Assembly (NCBI GenBank): GCA_000934665.2 | Contig: JYFJ02004295.1 | Location: forward strand, 1 to 33,227 | DNA length: 33,227 nt | Direction: 5' to 3' | DNA from: Catajapyx aquilonaris | Lineage: Eukaryota | In this document: positions 21,981-33,227 of the stretch, one piece after another | Layout of the letters: every line of letters begins with the position of its first letter | Numbering within the stretch: position 1 is the stretch's first letter | Notes under the pieces: model-generated | What the model was told of the DNA's origin: nothing | Seen by the model: only the letters and a program-made list of their open reading frames with translations | Databases searched by the model: none | Made by a program: the position numbers and the translations under genes

Positions 21981-23709
21981 GAAACCACTATTTGCCAAAG
22001 GGCCCAAGTCCACCATTTCATGGAAATTGAGTTAATGCCACTAAAGTGTAGCTAAGGCATAGGGGCATTCACATGCGGAAGGATAGGGCCCAAGTCAGTC
22101 ATTGTTATTGTAAAAAAAATTGTTGAAATGTTCCATAATTTGCCAAAGGTCCCAAGTACATGAACGGTAAGCTCCAGGATGTGATGGCACTTATGCCATA
22201 TGTTGATGAAACGAATCAGGGGTATTACAAAAACTTCCTCCCAATGGTTCGCAAGAGCCGGAGGATGAGGATTATGCGTATAATGTGATTGCAGTGAATA
22301 AAAAATACAGACTCTCAAATGCGTATCTCCTTGTTTCATCCAGAAACTTCCAGGGCATCTATTACTTGCTATTACATAAGATCACATCTTTCCACAGCAC
22401 CAATTTACCCTTTCAGTTCATGTATAATTTTCATTATTTCACAAAGGGCCCAAGTCCTCGACTTTCAAATTTTTTTTCTCAGACTGGTTTGATCATAAAT
22501 GAGTATCGTTTATGCCAATCTGTGTACAACATTCTAAAGCACAATGTGCATTTTTTGGGGTACCATTGCCACCATTGCCATACAGGAATGTGACAGTTTT
22601 TTTTGTCTCCTGAAAAATTTTCTTCCACGGACTTGGGCCCTTTGTCAAATCATTTACCCGCGAGCGACAATTGATCGGCGAATTTTCAAACGTATGGGTG
22701 CATGATTCCGTGCACCGACTTATGCACCATGATTTTTGAAAATTCGCCGATCAATTGTCGCTCGCGGGTAAAGAATAGTTTATGCATTTCTGAAGAGGGG
22801 GCGATCCAAGGAATCTATGGACATACCAAAACTCATAATTGGTCCAGTCCTACCTGGAGAAATTTGAGCTCGAAAATCGGAGATATGCAGTGATTCACAT
22901 TTTAAGGATTTTTTTATTTCCAACCCTTACGTGACCTATCACAATGATGTTTTGCATGTACATTTAGTCAAAGGTGATTGCCCTACATCATAAATACCAC
23001 TTTGTTAAAATCATAATGTTATGAGTTACGGCTATCGGATAAATATAGTGATTTACACACATACGTTTGAAAATTCGTCGTTCAATTATCGATCACGGGT
23101 AAAGAATGTGTTATGTATTTCTGAATAGAGGATGATCTAAGGAATCAATTGACATACCAAAAGTCAAAATCGGTCCAGTCCTACCTGGATAAATTTGAGC
23201 TCGAAAATCGGCAAAATGGGGTAATTCATATTTTCGGGAATTTTTATTTCCAACCCTGCTTGACCTATCACACTGAGGTTTTACATGTGCATAAAGGCAA
23301 AGGTGACTGCACTGTATCCTAAATATCACTTTGTTAAAATCATAACGTTATGAGTTACGGCTATCGGGAATATAGAGTGATTTGGACATAAATGTGCGAA
23401 TTTTTTGCGACGTCGTTTTTCGAGTTAGGTCGAATATTTTGCAACCATGTTATTCGCCTCATCATTACCTTCCATGTGATATGTAACATGTGGGTGTTGG
23501 GAGAACAGTCTGAACAATTAAAAATTCTTTACGTGGACGTCATTGTTGAACTTTCCATTGTTATATCTCCGTGAGATTTGAGTCCAGCGGCCTCAAATTT
23601 AGGATTTCGCAATAAGGTGTCGATAACCACCTACATGATTTTTTTCAGTTATATCGGAAGGGGTCGAGCCACCAACATTTACAGGATTGACATGGAATGA
23701 CCCGGCTTC
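21981..23709. mobile_element. Composite non-autonomous DNA-transposon insertion with a 4-bp ATTT target duplication
   Basis: Absent from the paralogous site ggacagattt|acgtttttgg (~11375). ATTT at 21977-21980 and 23710-23713; termini GAAACC / GGCTTC. Internal TIR pair at 21990-22011 / 22629-22650. Confidence 0.8.
22735..23392. repeat. Two diverged tandem units of ~331 bp
   Basis: Units start tttgaaaattcg at 22735 and 23066 and share ggtccagtcctacctgga, gagctcgaaaatcgg and ttatgagttacggctatcgg. Confidence 0.85.
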
Positions 23710-23974
23710 ATTTACGTTTTTGGCAAATATTTTAGCTGAAATGGTACCATTTCCTATTTTCTAAAGGTCGACAAATTCAATTTTCCTACTCGACCGGTAT
23801 TTAATTGCCTGCAAGTCAAATCCATTCAAGCAGGAATGTTACCAACTACAATTATTCAATTAGTCAGTTTGGAATTAATTCAGAATTAATAATTCAAATC
23901 CAAATTGAATTTTGCCCATCGCTGATATTGCTACAGTTCAGTGAAACCCATCTATAATAATCCATGTCAGAACC

Positions 23975-24142
23975 GAAGCAGGTTCGTGTGGTGGTTAAGG
24001 AGTCCGACTGCAAATCGGGAAGTCCTGGGTTCGATTCCCAGGGCCGGCAACCCTGACCGTGGTTTTCTGTGGTTTTCCACGGTCTTCCAAGGATAATTCC
24101 GGGATTGCTTCCATATAATAGGCAACAGCCGCCTCCTTCCGT
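23975..24142 (+). mobile_element. tRNA-derived SINE
   Basis: A-box-like tggtggttaagg, anticodon-arm-like ccga-ctgcaaa-tcgg, B-box ggttcgattcc, then a non-tRNA body ggttttctgtggttttcc...ccgcctccttcc. Confidence 0.8.
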
Positions 24143-24250
24143 CTATGGCGGTGATCAATGCCATTGTGAAGAGAGTGTTTTGTTTGGGTGGAGACAGGTC
24201 ATGACAAATTCAGGGAGCGGCTTCTCCACCAATAAATCCATGTAGGCAGG
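24143..24250 (+). promoter_or_regulatory. Shared module copy (orphan, 5'-truncated)
   Basis: atggcggtgatcaatgccattgtg, ggtggaga...tctccaccaataaatcc. Confidence 0.55.
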
Positions 24251-24934
24251 TTATATTTTATGACCTTCCTACGCCTTTACGGTATAGTTCATCCAAACTG
24301 ATTCAATTGTGAAAAATGTCGGCCATAATTTTATCTTCTGTGCAGAGAAGGTTGAAGACGACTTGCTGAATCATTTTGCACATGCCCACTGTTGATTAAG
24401 ACTAGCACATCAAATATGTCGCCTTTGTCCTTGAATATTGTAAGAAGCCAATGTATTAAAATGTCTCAAAAACATGACTCAACCATCTATAATATTAAAA
24501 TGCTTGCGTTGGGGGGCCGAGCCCTCTAATTGGTCCGCCGCCGCGCATTGTTGCCCCCACCTCCCCATTGGCCCGCGTTCATTGTTCCCTGGAAGCATTG
24601 TTACCACGACGCCTCCAATTGGCCCCCCTTCCGAGCATGCGCAATGGGTGGAAGAACGCCACAGTCGCTTGCTGGACGTCAGCGAGGACGCATCATTCTC
24701 CTCTCCCGTGAAGACTCCTCCACCCTCTTCCACCTTCCCCCACCAGCCACATCTTCACGGTGACCTCACAACAAGGGGAGGGGGAGAGGAGGGGGGAATG
24801 GAACGTGCCGTAAACAAACCGAATCGAATGTTGGCTAAGGTCGGAATCAGTTGTTTATCAATGGTGCCGATATAAACTCCACGGACGTTTATGAACAAAG
24901 TAAAATAATTCCGGTTTTTCAAACGAGGTCCTTA

Positions 24935-25170
24935 CTGCTGCCGTCAGATATGAGAAGACCGTAACTCAATGGCCACTTCCCCTTGCGCCGCTTGCGGCGA
25001 GAAAAAAAAGCAGTGGTACCAAAAGCACCCAACAGGTGGAGTTGGGATGCCGTTCCTTTTTCTCCCTTCCCCCAACGCCACCTCTTGGATCCTGTCGGTA
25101 ACACTTGCTTTCTTCTCTCGCCGCAAGGGAAGTGGATAATGAGTTACGGTTCTCTCACATCTGACTGCAG
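24935..25170. mobile_element. MITE with TA flanks nested in the Helitron
   Basis: ~80-bp imperfect inverted arms (gtcagatatgagaagaccgtaactca / tgagttacggttctctcacatctgac), TA on both sides. Confidence 0.72.
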
Positions 25171-25334
25171 TACTGGCATCCCCCAGTGGGAAGAGTTGCA
25201 GGATTAGCCGCGATATTCAACACTGAACCCGGGGATAGGACGAGAACGTCAAAGGAAAGTGTCGGGAAGAATTAAACCAGTTTTTGATCGTGTAATATTA
25301 TTTTTTAATTGTAGTTATTTTTATTTATTAAAAT

Positions 25335-25396
25335 AATCGCGGCCACCCTCGACACCCACGGAGACGGCTTCGCGACCCCCAGGTTGGGAACCACTG
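25335..25396 (-). mobile_element. Solo hAT (Charlie-like) terminus
   Basis: Reverse complement reads CAGTGGTTCCCAACCTGGGGGTCGCG; the other end was not found. Confidence 0.55.
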
Positions 25397-26367
25397 ATCT
25401 AATACAGACACTGCCAAGTTCCATTGGCTGTTTATTAGTAAAGGGAAGTTATGAGTAGTTAGAAAAACGTGGATACATGTGCGAGTGCATGCGAATAGAG
25501 GCGGTAGAGGTTGTGAATTTTTGTTCATACAATTTTTTTTTTTGCAAAGGTATGGGTATGTTGAGGTGGGCAAATGCATATTTCCCAGCCAATGCAAAGG
25601 TGGGATTGCAGATTGGTCGCAGGGTATAGGGAATCACATATATGTGAATGCACGGAGGAACGGGTGAGGGTGGGGGGTGTGGATGTGATTGGCATCATCA
25701 CTGGCAATATAAGTCCGAAGCGATTAAAAATATGGTGGGCACTGTAGGCCAGCGGCCTAGGAAAATACGAGCGGAGCGAGGGTTTTCCTAGTTTATTATT
25801 TATTGACTATACTTTTGATACATTGATTGAAGCAAAAGAAGCAAAATATTCGTCTTCCGCATACAGGGAGGAGGAACAACATCAGATATTTTGTCACCAC
25901 AATGATGGTGCGTACATCGTACGAACTGATTGGAAGTAGCTCAATATTCATCCGAATGAAGGCGGACTTTATCTCACCACTTGGTAATGTTTTCATGAAG
26001 GGGTGCGTCTCAACATCATCTGGCCAAACACAATTTCCCAAAAGTGAGTAAAACAGTGCACATGTGCCAATGTCTTGGCATCGTGTGAGCGATGTTGGGT
26101 GCTGACATAAACAATATATTTAACAGTAATCGGTTTGGTCGTCGCCACCCGATCCGTGCGTCATTAATCTAATGGGCTTGCTTGCAGAGTGATTAAACTA
26201 CCATTGGGTGCAAGCAACCTTGATTTTGGTAGAAGATTATAATAATTAGAATGTGATGATTAAGAATGATTGCGAACCATTTGATGGTGATTATGTTCCA
26301 GGCTGGTGACCAGTGTAGAAGAAGAATTATTGAAATATGATGCAAGATAGTGCAGGCGGTGCAACAG

Positions 26368-27798
26368 TTATTTTTCTGCTCCCATGAACTGCGCCAGGAC
26401 TATGATGTATGTGGTCACTGCTGCAGCCAACTGTGAAGGAGACGTGAAGAGTGATTAGTTACACTTCCATAATATATTATAGCAAATGTGCTCTGTTGAC
26501 TTACGGCTGTCAAGAGGCCCCGGTTGACTGCGAAGTAATTGGCCGCGGATATCTCGATGGGAGGACCGGCCAGCTTCTGAACCAGAACTTCCATCTGAAA
26601 CATACAGTTGTACATTTCAGCAAGTGAAGGTTTAATTGTGTAGGTGCATCACTCACATGTGCCTTGATCCTTGGATTGGAAGCCCGAGGACAGGAGTGGA
26701 TGAGGTGAGGCAATGCCCTTGTGCCCTGGAAACATTAGAGTCATTATTATCATACTCAATGGCAATCAATTGAAGAAAGATGTACGGATGCTAATTTATT
26801 ACCTGCTGAGGTATACGTCCCAAGATGATGGTGAAGGTAACGACTGATGAGATGATTATCCCAAGAATCACGATTAAAATTATTGAGTCAACTACACTTT
26901 GGTCTGTAATAACACTAATAAAAAGCAAGTAAAACACATCGCCGGTAATCCACACGACAGATATGAGATAGGTGGCCATGATGGATGCTCCGTAAGTGCT
27001 GCCCATGTCATCTACAATCAGGCAAATGTCGTACAGCAGGTCACTGGCTGACATTAGCTTCTCGACCAGCTTGTTACCACTGGGTCCATTTCGTTGTGTA
27101 CTGCAGACATGTATTACTTCCTCATTGAAATCTTCCAATTTCAATGCGATGACTGTAGCCAAAAAAGTAACTTGCACGGGGATCAAGTGAAGCATAAAGA
27201 GAGAGTGCCACACAATGAATGTGTCAAGCATGTTGTAAGATTGAAACAGTTGTCCTCGTCGAAGATAGGCAAAGATCATATATGAAAGGTCAGCTAACGG
27301 CAGCAAGAAGCAAGCTGACACTAGAAGTGCGGAATATTTTCGCAGTTTCCTCTCGTGGGGACGCATGTTCAGTCCAGAAAAACGGTGGACTAGTTTCGAA
27401 ATCTGAGGGACTCTGGTTTGGCAGAAAATGAAGTGAAGCCACGGAGCACCGTCTGCTATTCCATCAAGAGTTAATGTTGTAACCCAACTTGTTGTGCTCG
27501 TGTGACCGCTCCTGTACCAATACGGGAATGGCATCCAAGTCAGCTTTGCGGCATATGCAGCCAAAAGAATGAAGTGCACCATTGCAGGCCACCGTTGGTA
27601 CCACTTCCAACTCTGCTCTTCTCTGGGCCAAGGACAAGGGGCTATTCCTCCAAAGGTGGCCAAGATGGACAGTGGTCTGAACGAGGTCCAAAACGCGTCT
27701 CTTTGGCCTTCACTTTCTTCTGGTTCCTTCTTCTCTTCCACATGAAACACTGCTGATGTTCGACGTAACGTGAGGAAGTCGCTATTTGATATCTTCAT
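26368..27798 (-). CDS. Gustatory receptor, type C (C3), ~405 aa. Exons 27798-26803, 26725-26657, 26594-26505, 26430-26368
   Basis: Intact frame, canonical phase-0 introns, TYIIVLAQFMGAEK*. Confidence 0.9.
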
Positions 27799-27919
27799 TT
27801 TTCTGCAACAAGTGGACAATACTCTGAACCTCTTTGAACCTTCACCAGGGCAGCCAAGTGTACCATCACCACCGAACACGACCCTTGACACGACCTAAAC
27901 AGTCTTGGCCTTTGCTCGC

Positions 27920-28133
27920 GACTCGTCCGAAGATGTCCAAACTGTCTTAGAAATTGTGCCCCGGAGAGCCCATTAATATAACATCCGAGAAGCCAAAGGG
28001 TGACTCTGAAAAGAAGAGTCGATGGCGGTGATCAGTGCCATTGTGTCCAGAAGGGAATGTTTGGTCAGGGTGGAGACTGGTCAGGTCAAGGTCAGGGAGC
28101 GGCCTCTCCACCAATAAATCCATAACCAGGCTA
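27920..28133 (+). promoter_or_regulatory. Shared module upstream of C3
   Basis: Full copy; TCAAGGTCA at 28086-28094. Confidence 0.6.
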
Positions 28134-28149
28134 TAATATGTCAACATTC

Positions 28150-28897
28150 TGTTTTACGTCTCCTTCTCAGGCAGCTGGAGCAGTGAACACATGTTTATGG
28201 CGTATACCTTACAAACACGTTCTCGGCATTTGTCATTTTGGTGACAAGCAGGCCTCATGCACCATTTTGTTGTCTCTCACTTGTGTCCGGATAATCTACT
28301 TCCAAATCCCACGGAATCCCATGTAGTGTTTCCCCCTCTGGAATGACCCAATATGATACGAACTCATGTGAGGTGGCCATCGCGCCTCGGTTAGCGTAGT
28401 TGACTCATGCGTTGAATTTACGGCAGTAGGACTTGTAATGAAAAGAGACGAGGCGCGAGGCATGCATACCATGGGTGGCATGAAATCGATGCAGATGCAT
28501 TGATGTAGTTTAATAATAAGCTTGTAGATATAGTGTTGAACGAGGGCATATCCATGAGAACTTGAACAATGGGATATTGTTAAGTGGGTTATTGTTGAGG
28601 GGGGTAGAGAGAGGAATTATTATGCATGTTGGGCAAGTTGGCTCAGTTTTTGGAAGCTAAAACATGCGGCATTAAAATTTTCGTGCATGCAAATTATGTG
28701 ACTATGATGGTGTGTACCAACACAAAGTTTCAATTGGCGACTTGTCTGAACATCTGTCATGGAAATTGTGGCCTGGACAGTGTCATTAAACCACCATTGG
28801 GTGCAAGCAACCTTGATTTTGGTAGATGATTATAATAATTAGAATGTGATGATTGATTAAGAAAGACTGCGAACCATTTGATGGTGATTATGTCCCA
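28150..28897. pseudogene. Collapsed repeat-unit relic: + strand GR exon-4 fragment, copy of the post-B1 spacer, C-type 3' flank
   Basis: acgtctccttctcag|gcagctggagcagtgaacacat (~28156-28192). 28581-28780 resembles 3804-4008; 28781-28897 resembles 4953-5060. Confidence 0.65.
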
Positions 28898-29084
28898 GTG
28901 GCCTTGAAGATAAAGGGCGAGGAAAGGGTGATCTGATCTAATTATGGTGAATGACCATCGTGTAATTCAATGCGTGCCCTTTGTGACAAGAACCTATCTG
29001 ACGAACCTATACAGTGACGTTACGAAAAAAAGGAAATGAGTGACTAAACAATGCAAATGAATTAATAAGAGGATGTGATATACG

Positions 29085-29280
29085 ACTCGTCTGAATATGC
29101 ACAAACTGTCATCGAAATTGTGGCCAGGATAGCCTATAAATAACATCTGAAAAGCCAAACGGGAGTCGATGACGGTGATCATTGCCATTGTGTTCAGAAG
29201 CAGTGATTAATTAGGGTGGAGGCACGTCAGGTCAAAGACAGGTCCGAGCGGGTTCTCCGCCTATAAATCCCAGGCTATAA
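29085..29280 (+). promoter_or_regulatory. Shared module upstream of A4 (diverged)
   Basis: gagtcgatgacggtgatcattgccattgtg; ggtggagg...tctccgcc; TATAAA at 29262-29267. Confidence 0.6.
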
Positions 29281-29491
29281 TAAAATAATGACCTTCCTAT
29301 ACGCCTTTATGGCGCACAGTACATGCAAACTTATTCAATTGTAAAAAATGGTGGCCATAAATTTTATCTTCTGCCCAGACAGGGTTACGTGGCAGTTTCA
29401 CCATTGCAGTGGAGTGACACGGACTGCTAAGAGGCAAGGTGCCAAATCACGGTGACATTCACTAGTTGTAACTCGGATTGGACAAGAAATT

Positions 29492-30965
29492 ATGCTCAGG
29501 GTAAGGTTCAACAGAGTGATTTCGATGAGGAAAATGAATAGTCCAAAAGACAGTGCAAAGAAGGACAATGCATTTTGGGGAGTGTTGAGACCAGTGGCCA
29601 TCATGTCGGTGGTCGGAGGAATCGCTCCTTGTCCATGGCCCAAGAAAATGGAGGATCTGAGAGGGAAGTGGTACAGACGGTGGCCAACAATGGTCCATTT
29701 TCTCTTACTCGCCACTTACATCGCCGTCTTCAGCTGTTATCCGCCGAAGGACCTGATCAGTGCCAACCAAGAAAAAAGCAAGACTAAAACATTGACTAGT
29801 CTCATTGTGCAAGCCCTTCTTAGTATTGCCTCGTGGCTGAACTTCATCTGGGTTCAAAAGGGTCTCACCAATATTTGGAAACTAATCAACCGATTGTCAA
29901 ATCAAGATGTGAGCAGGCACAAGAGGTCGCTGCGAAAATGGTCATTGTTGCTGGCAGTAGCCACAGTCTCACTTCCTTTACTGGAAATGTCCAGATTAAT
30001 AACTGCTCTAGCACTTGCAGGGGCGTTACTTCAGCCATATTACTTGTTCTTTTTATTCTATGAGTGGCACTGTTTATTCTTGTTCCACGTGATTCCCATT
30101 CAGTTGGTATTCCTGGTCATTGTTGTACATTCGCGACTTAAGGATTTTAACAATGAAATCACCAGAATATGCAAATTTATTCTTGAATCCACTCCGGAGC
30201 AACAAAATAGCGCGAGTCTTATTAGGAGCACTAGTTATTCAGCTGACCTCTATTACGAATTAAGTGCCTTGGTGAACATGATTAGCAGCACTTATGGCAT
30301 ACCTATCATGATAGTTTTCCTGACATGTGTCGTCTGGATCGTAATATTATTATTTTATTTTATCTTGATATCTGAGCCACTAATTTTCATATCTATGAGA
30401 TTGATTCTCATTTTCACCGTGATCGTTTTTGTGGTGGCTCTCACTATTGTTTTGGGATCAATTCAAACGCAGGTACCTGCTCTCTCATTTTTCTTTTTGC
30501 TAATTAGTTTGTGACAATCTTGATATTACTTAATATTTGGTCATTTTCAGAGCACCAGTTCATTAGACGACCTCATGAACGCAAATCGTAGGGTGGTCAA
30601 TTCGAGTATAAAGGCAAACGTAAGTGTTTGATGGTATGCAGTTCAGTTCATTTTGCATCCTGTAATAATGAACAAATTACTTGAACTTTCGCTTCATTAT
30701 TCAGATCGACTCGCTGATCCATAAAATGACTGGTTCTCCCATGGGAATAACTGCGGCCAGTTACTTCACAGTTAATCGAAGCCTGTTGACGTCGGTAAGT
30801 TGTGCTGCTAATTACTTAATCAACATTAATGAACTGATAATTGATCCTCTTCAGATTGCCGGATCTGTGACCACATACCTCATTGTTCTGGCTCAGTTCA
30901 AAGGGGCTGAGGAGGAGGAGGATTCTTTCGCGGCATGTCCACCAAACATTACAAGTGGACACTGA
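29492..30965 (+). CDS. Gustatory receptor, type A (A4), ~416 aa. Exons 29492-30472, 30551-30619, 30705-30794, 30855-30965
   Basis: Intact frame, canonical splice sites, TYLIVLAQF...CPPNITSGH*. Confidence 0.9.
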
Positions 30966-31026
30966 GGCTGCACAGGCCATCTGAGACAACTTATGCAGCT
31001 TCTTAACCATATCCGTGTATTTAATC

Positions 31027-31637
31027 AATGGGCAACCTTGATCTATAATAGATATAATTTAGTTCTGTGATGAATATTATTGCGAACCATTTGTGAAGGT
31101 TGTTATGTTCCAGACTCTTGACCAGGGTAACAGTACTTGATCAATCTGCAAGAGTGAAGTATGTGCAACAGTTATTCTGCACCTTCCTTTCAGACTGTGT
31201 CTGCTTTTGATCAGGCAGCTCTGAAATGCGCCATTGTTTCCCATAATGAATTCTTTTCGTTCTGTAGTGTTAAGCGAGCCATATTGTCCCAATAAATGTA
31301 GTCTTTTCATTATGGCGAATGAATGGCCCCCAAATAAATAATGGTGGATTCCACAAATGCCGTATTTCTGTCCGTGTTTCATGCCTTTCTCATGCTATAA
31401 ACTTATAGAGTGTATGGGGCCTGTAATTTGTCACACATGTCATTAATATTGACTCGAAGAGTAACCTCACACACGCCCACATGAATCTCTGGTGATGTTC
31501 GACGTAACGTGAGGAAGTCGCAATGTGATCTCTTCATTTTTCTGCAGCAAGTGGACAATATCTGAACCTATTTGAACCTCCACCAGGGCAGCCAAGTGTA
31601 CCATCACCACCGAACACGACCTAAACAGCCTTTGCTG
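31027..31637 (-). pseudogene. GR type C relic: leader and first ~20 codons (ATG at 31537) plus degenerate stop and 3' flank (~31027-31185); body lost
   Basis: 31478-31637 resembles 27738-27915; gtgcaacagttattctgc resembles the C-type stop region. Confidence 0.7.
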
Positions 31638-31857
31638 GCGACTCGTCTGAACGTGTCCAAACTGTCTTAAAAATTGTTCCCCGGAGAGCCCATAAATATA
31701 ACATCCGAGAAGGCAAATGGGTGACATTGAAAAGAAAAATCGATGGACGATGGCCGTGGTCAATGCCATTGTGTGCTGAAGGGAGTGTTTGGTTAAGGTG
31801 GAGACATGTCAAAGTCAGGGAGCGGCCTATCCACCAATAAATCCACAACCAGGCTAT
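31638..31857 (+). promoter_or_regulatory. Shared module between the C relic and A5
   Basis: gatggccgtggtcaatgccattgtg, ggtggaga...tatccaccaataaatcc. Confidence 0.6.
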
Positions 31858-32074
31858 AATATGTCAACTTCCTGTTGTCTCTAGGGTACATCCAAACCAT
31901 TCATTATTGTGGACAATGGTGCTCATAAATCTGTGTAGAAAAACACATAAGCGCAGACAGTGTAACCTGCCAGTTTCACCATTGCAGTGCAGTGGAGCGA
32001 CACGGACTGCTAAGAGGAAAGGTGCCAAATCACTGAGACATTCACTAGCTGCCACTTGGATTGGACAAGAAATT

Positions 32075-33055
32075 ATGCTCAGGGTAACGTCCAAGAGGGT
32101 GATTTCGATGAAGGAAATGAACAGTCCAAAAGACAGTGCAAAGATGGACAATGTATTTTGGGAAGTGTTGAGACCAGTGGCCATCATGTCGGTGGTCGGA
32201 GGAATCGCTCCTTGTCCATGGCCCAAGAAAGAGGAGGATCTGATAGGGAAGTGGTACAGACGGTGGCCAACAATGGCCCACTTCATCTTACTCGCCACTT
32301 ACATCGCTGTCTTCAGCTGTTATCCGTGGAAAGACCTGATCGGTGACAACCAAGAGCAAAGCCAGACTAAAACAGTGACTGGTCTCATTGTGCAAGTCCT
32401 TCTTAGTATTGCCCCATGGCTGAACTTCATCTGGGTTCAAAAGAGTCTCACTAATATTTGGAAACTAATCAACCGATTGTCAAATCAAGATGTGAGCAGG
32501 CACAAGAGGTCACTGCGAAAATGTTCATTGTTGCTTGCAGTAGCCTCCGCCTTACTTCCACTGTTGCAATTGTCCAGATTAATAATTGTCCTAGATCTTG
32601 CAGGGGTGTTCCTTCAGCCATATCATTTATTCTTTTTATTCTATGTGTGGCACTGTTTATTCCTGCTCCACGTGATTCCCATTCAGTTGGTATTCCTGGT
32701 CATTGTTGTACATTCGCTACTTAAGGACTTTAACAACGAAATCACCAGAATATGCCATTTTCTACATCAATCCACTCATGAGCAACAAAATAGCGAGAGT
32801 CTAATTAGGAGCACAAGTTATTCAGCTGATCTCTATTACGAGCTGAGTGCCTTAGTGAACATGATCAACAGCACTTACGGCATGCACATCATGATTGTTT
32901 TCCTGACATGTGTCATCTGGGTTACATGCTCACTTTTTTATTTAGTCTTGGTTACCGAGTCACTAATTTTCATACCTATGAGATTGATTGTCATTTCCCT
33001 CATCATCGTTTCTGTGGCGGGTCTCACTATTGTTTTGGGATCAATTCAAACGCAG
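32075..33055 (+). CDS. Gustatory receptor, type A (A5), exon 1 only (3' exons not in window)
   Basis: 981-nt open exon, same length as A3/A4, ending CAG|gtacag. An alternative in-frame ATG lies at 31916. Confidence 0.82.
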
Positions 33056-33134
33056 GTACAGTGTAACATTTTTGCTGCACTCTCATTTTTCTCTTTTCCA
33101 ATAATTAGTCTGTGGCAATCTTAATATCGCTTAA

Positions 33135-33227
33135 GGTGGAAATGAAGCTAGAGTCACTCAATGAGAATTTTATGAAAAAAACATATGTTACGCAGTTTTG
33201 TGTCCTCTTATCAATGGTGCAAAGAAA
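33135..33227. mobile_element. Probable insertion at a TTAA site in A5 intron 1 (Kolobok-like end), running off the window
   Basis: atatcgcTTAA|ggtggaaatg replaces atatcgcTTAA|tgtttggacattttcag seen in A3. Confidence 0.45.

Larger units (their letters stand above)
24486..25791 (+). mobile_element. Non-autonomous Helitron
   Basis: Begins TCTATAATATTAAAATG and ends CTAG with hairpin ctaggaaaa...ttttcctag. A|T insertion with no TSD. Empty in the paralogous spacers (~4545, ~12513). Confidence 0.82.

Noticed and set aside
23978..24050. tRNA-Cys-like gene
   Set aside because: No good acceptor stem, and it continues into a SINE body. The paralogous copy is degenerate.
28380..28458. 10-bp inverted repeat tcgcgcctcg / cgaggcgcga
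   Set aside because: Too short, with no TSD or second copy in the window.
2349..30965. Alternative first exons spliced to shared 3' exons (Gr28b/Gr39a-style locus)
   Set aside because: Each complete first exon has its own set of three 3' exons.

Overview
Eukaryotic (arthropod, probably insect) genomic DNA holding a tandem array of divergent gustatory-receptor-family (7tm_7 / GR) chemoreceptor genes. The intact genes share one layout: a long first exon plus three short 3' exons (69 nt, 90 nt and a terminal exon with the TYhhhhhQF TM7 motif), separated by three phase-0 GT-AG introns. There are three paralog types, which I label A (+ strand, 5 copies), B (+ strand, 3 copies) and C (- strand, 3 copies, closely related to B). 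Six copies look intact (one of them spans an assembly N). Two are incomplete within the window, three are pseudogenes, and several more survive only as relics. The array was built by segmental duplication of a B(+)/spacer/C(-)/A(+) unit. It carries two Helitrons with empty-site evidence, several MITEs, a composite DNA-transposon insertion and a tRNA-derived SINE. The most interesting signal is a ~200-bp non-coding module present in about 11 copies. It sits between head-to-head C/A genes and also occurs as orphan copies. It contains two conserved stem-forming inverted repeats, AGGTCA/TCAAGGTCA nuclear-receptor-type sites and a TATAAA/AATAAA box, so it is a candidate shared bidirectional promoter or structured element for the array. 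Exon coordinates were read by hand; start codons and module boundaries are approximate.
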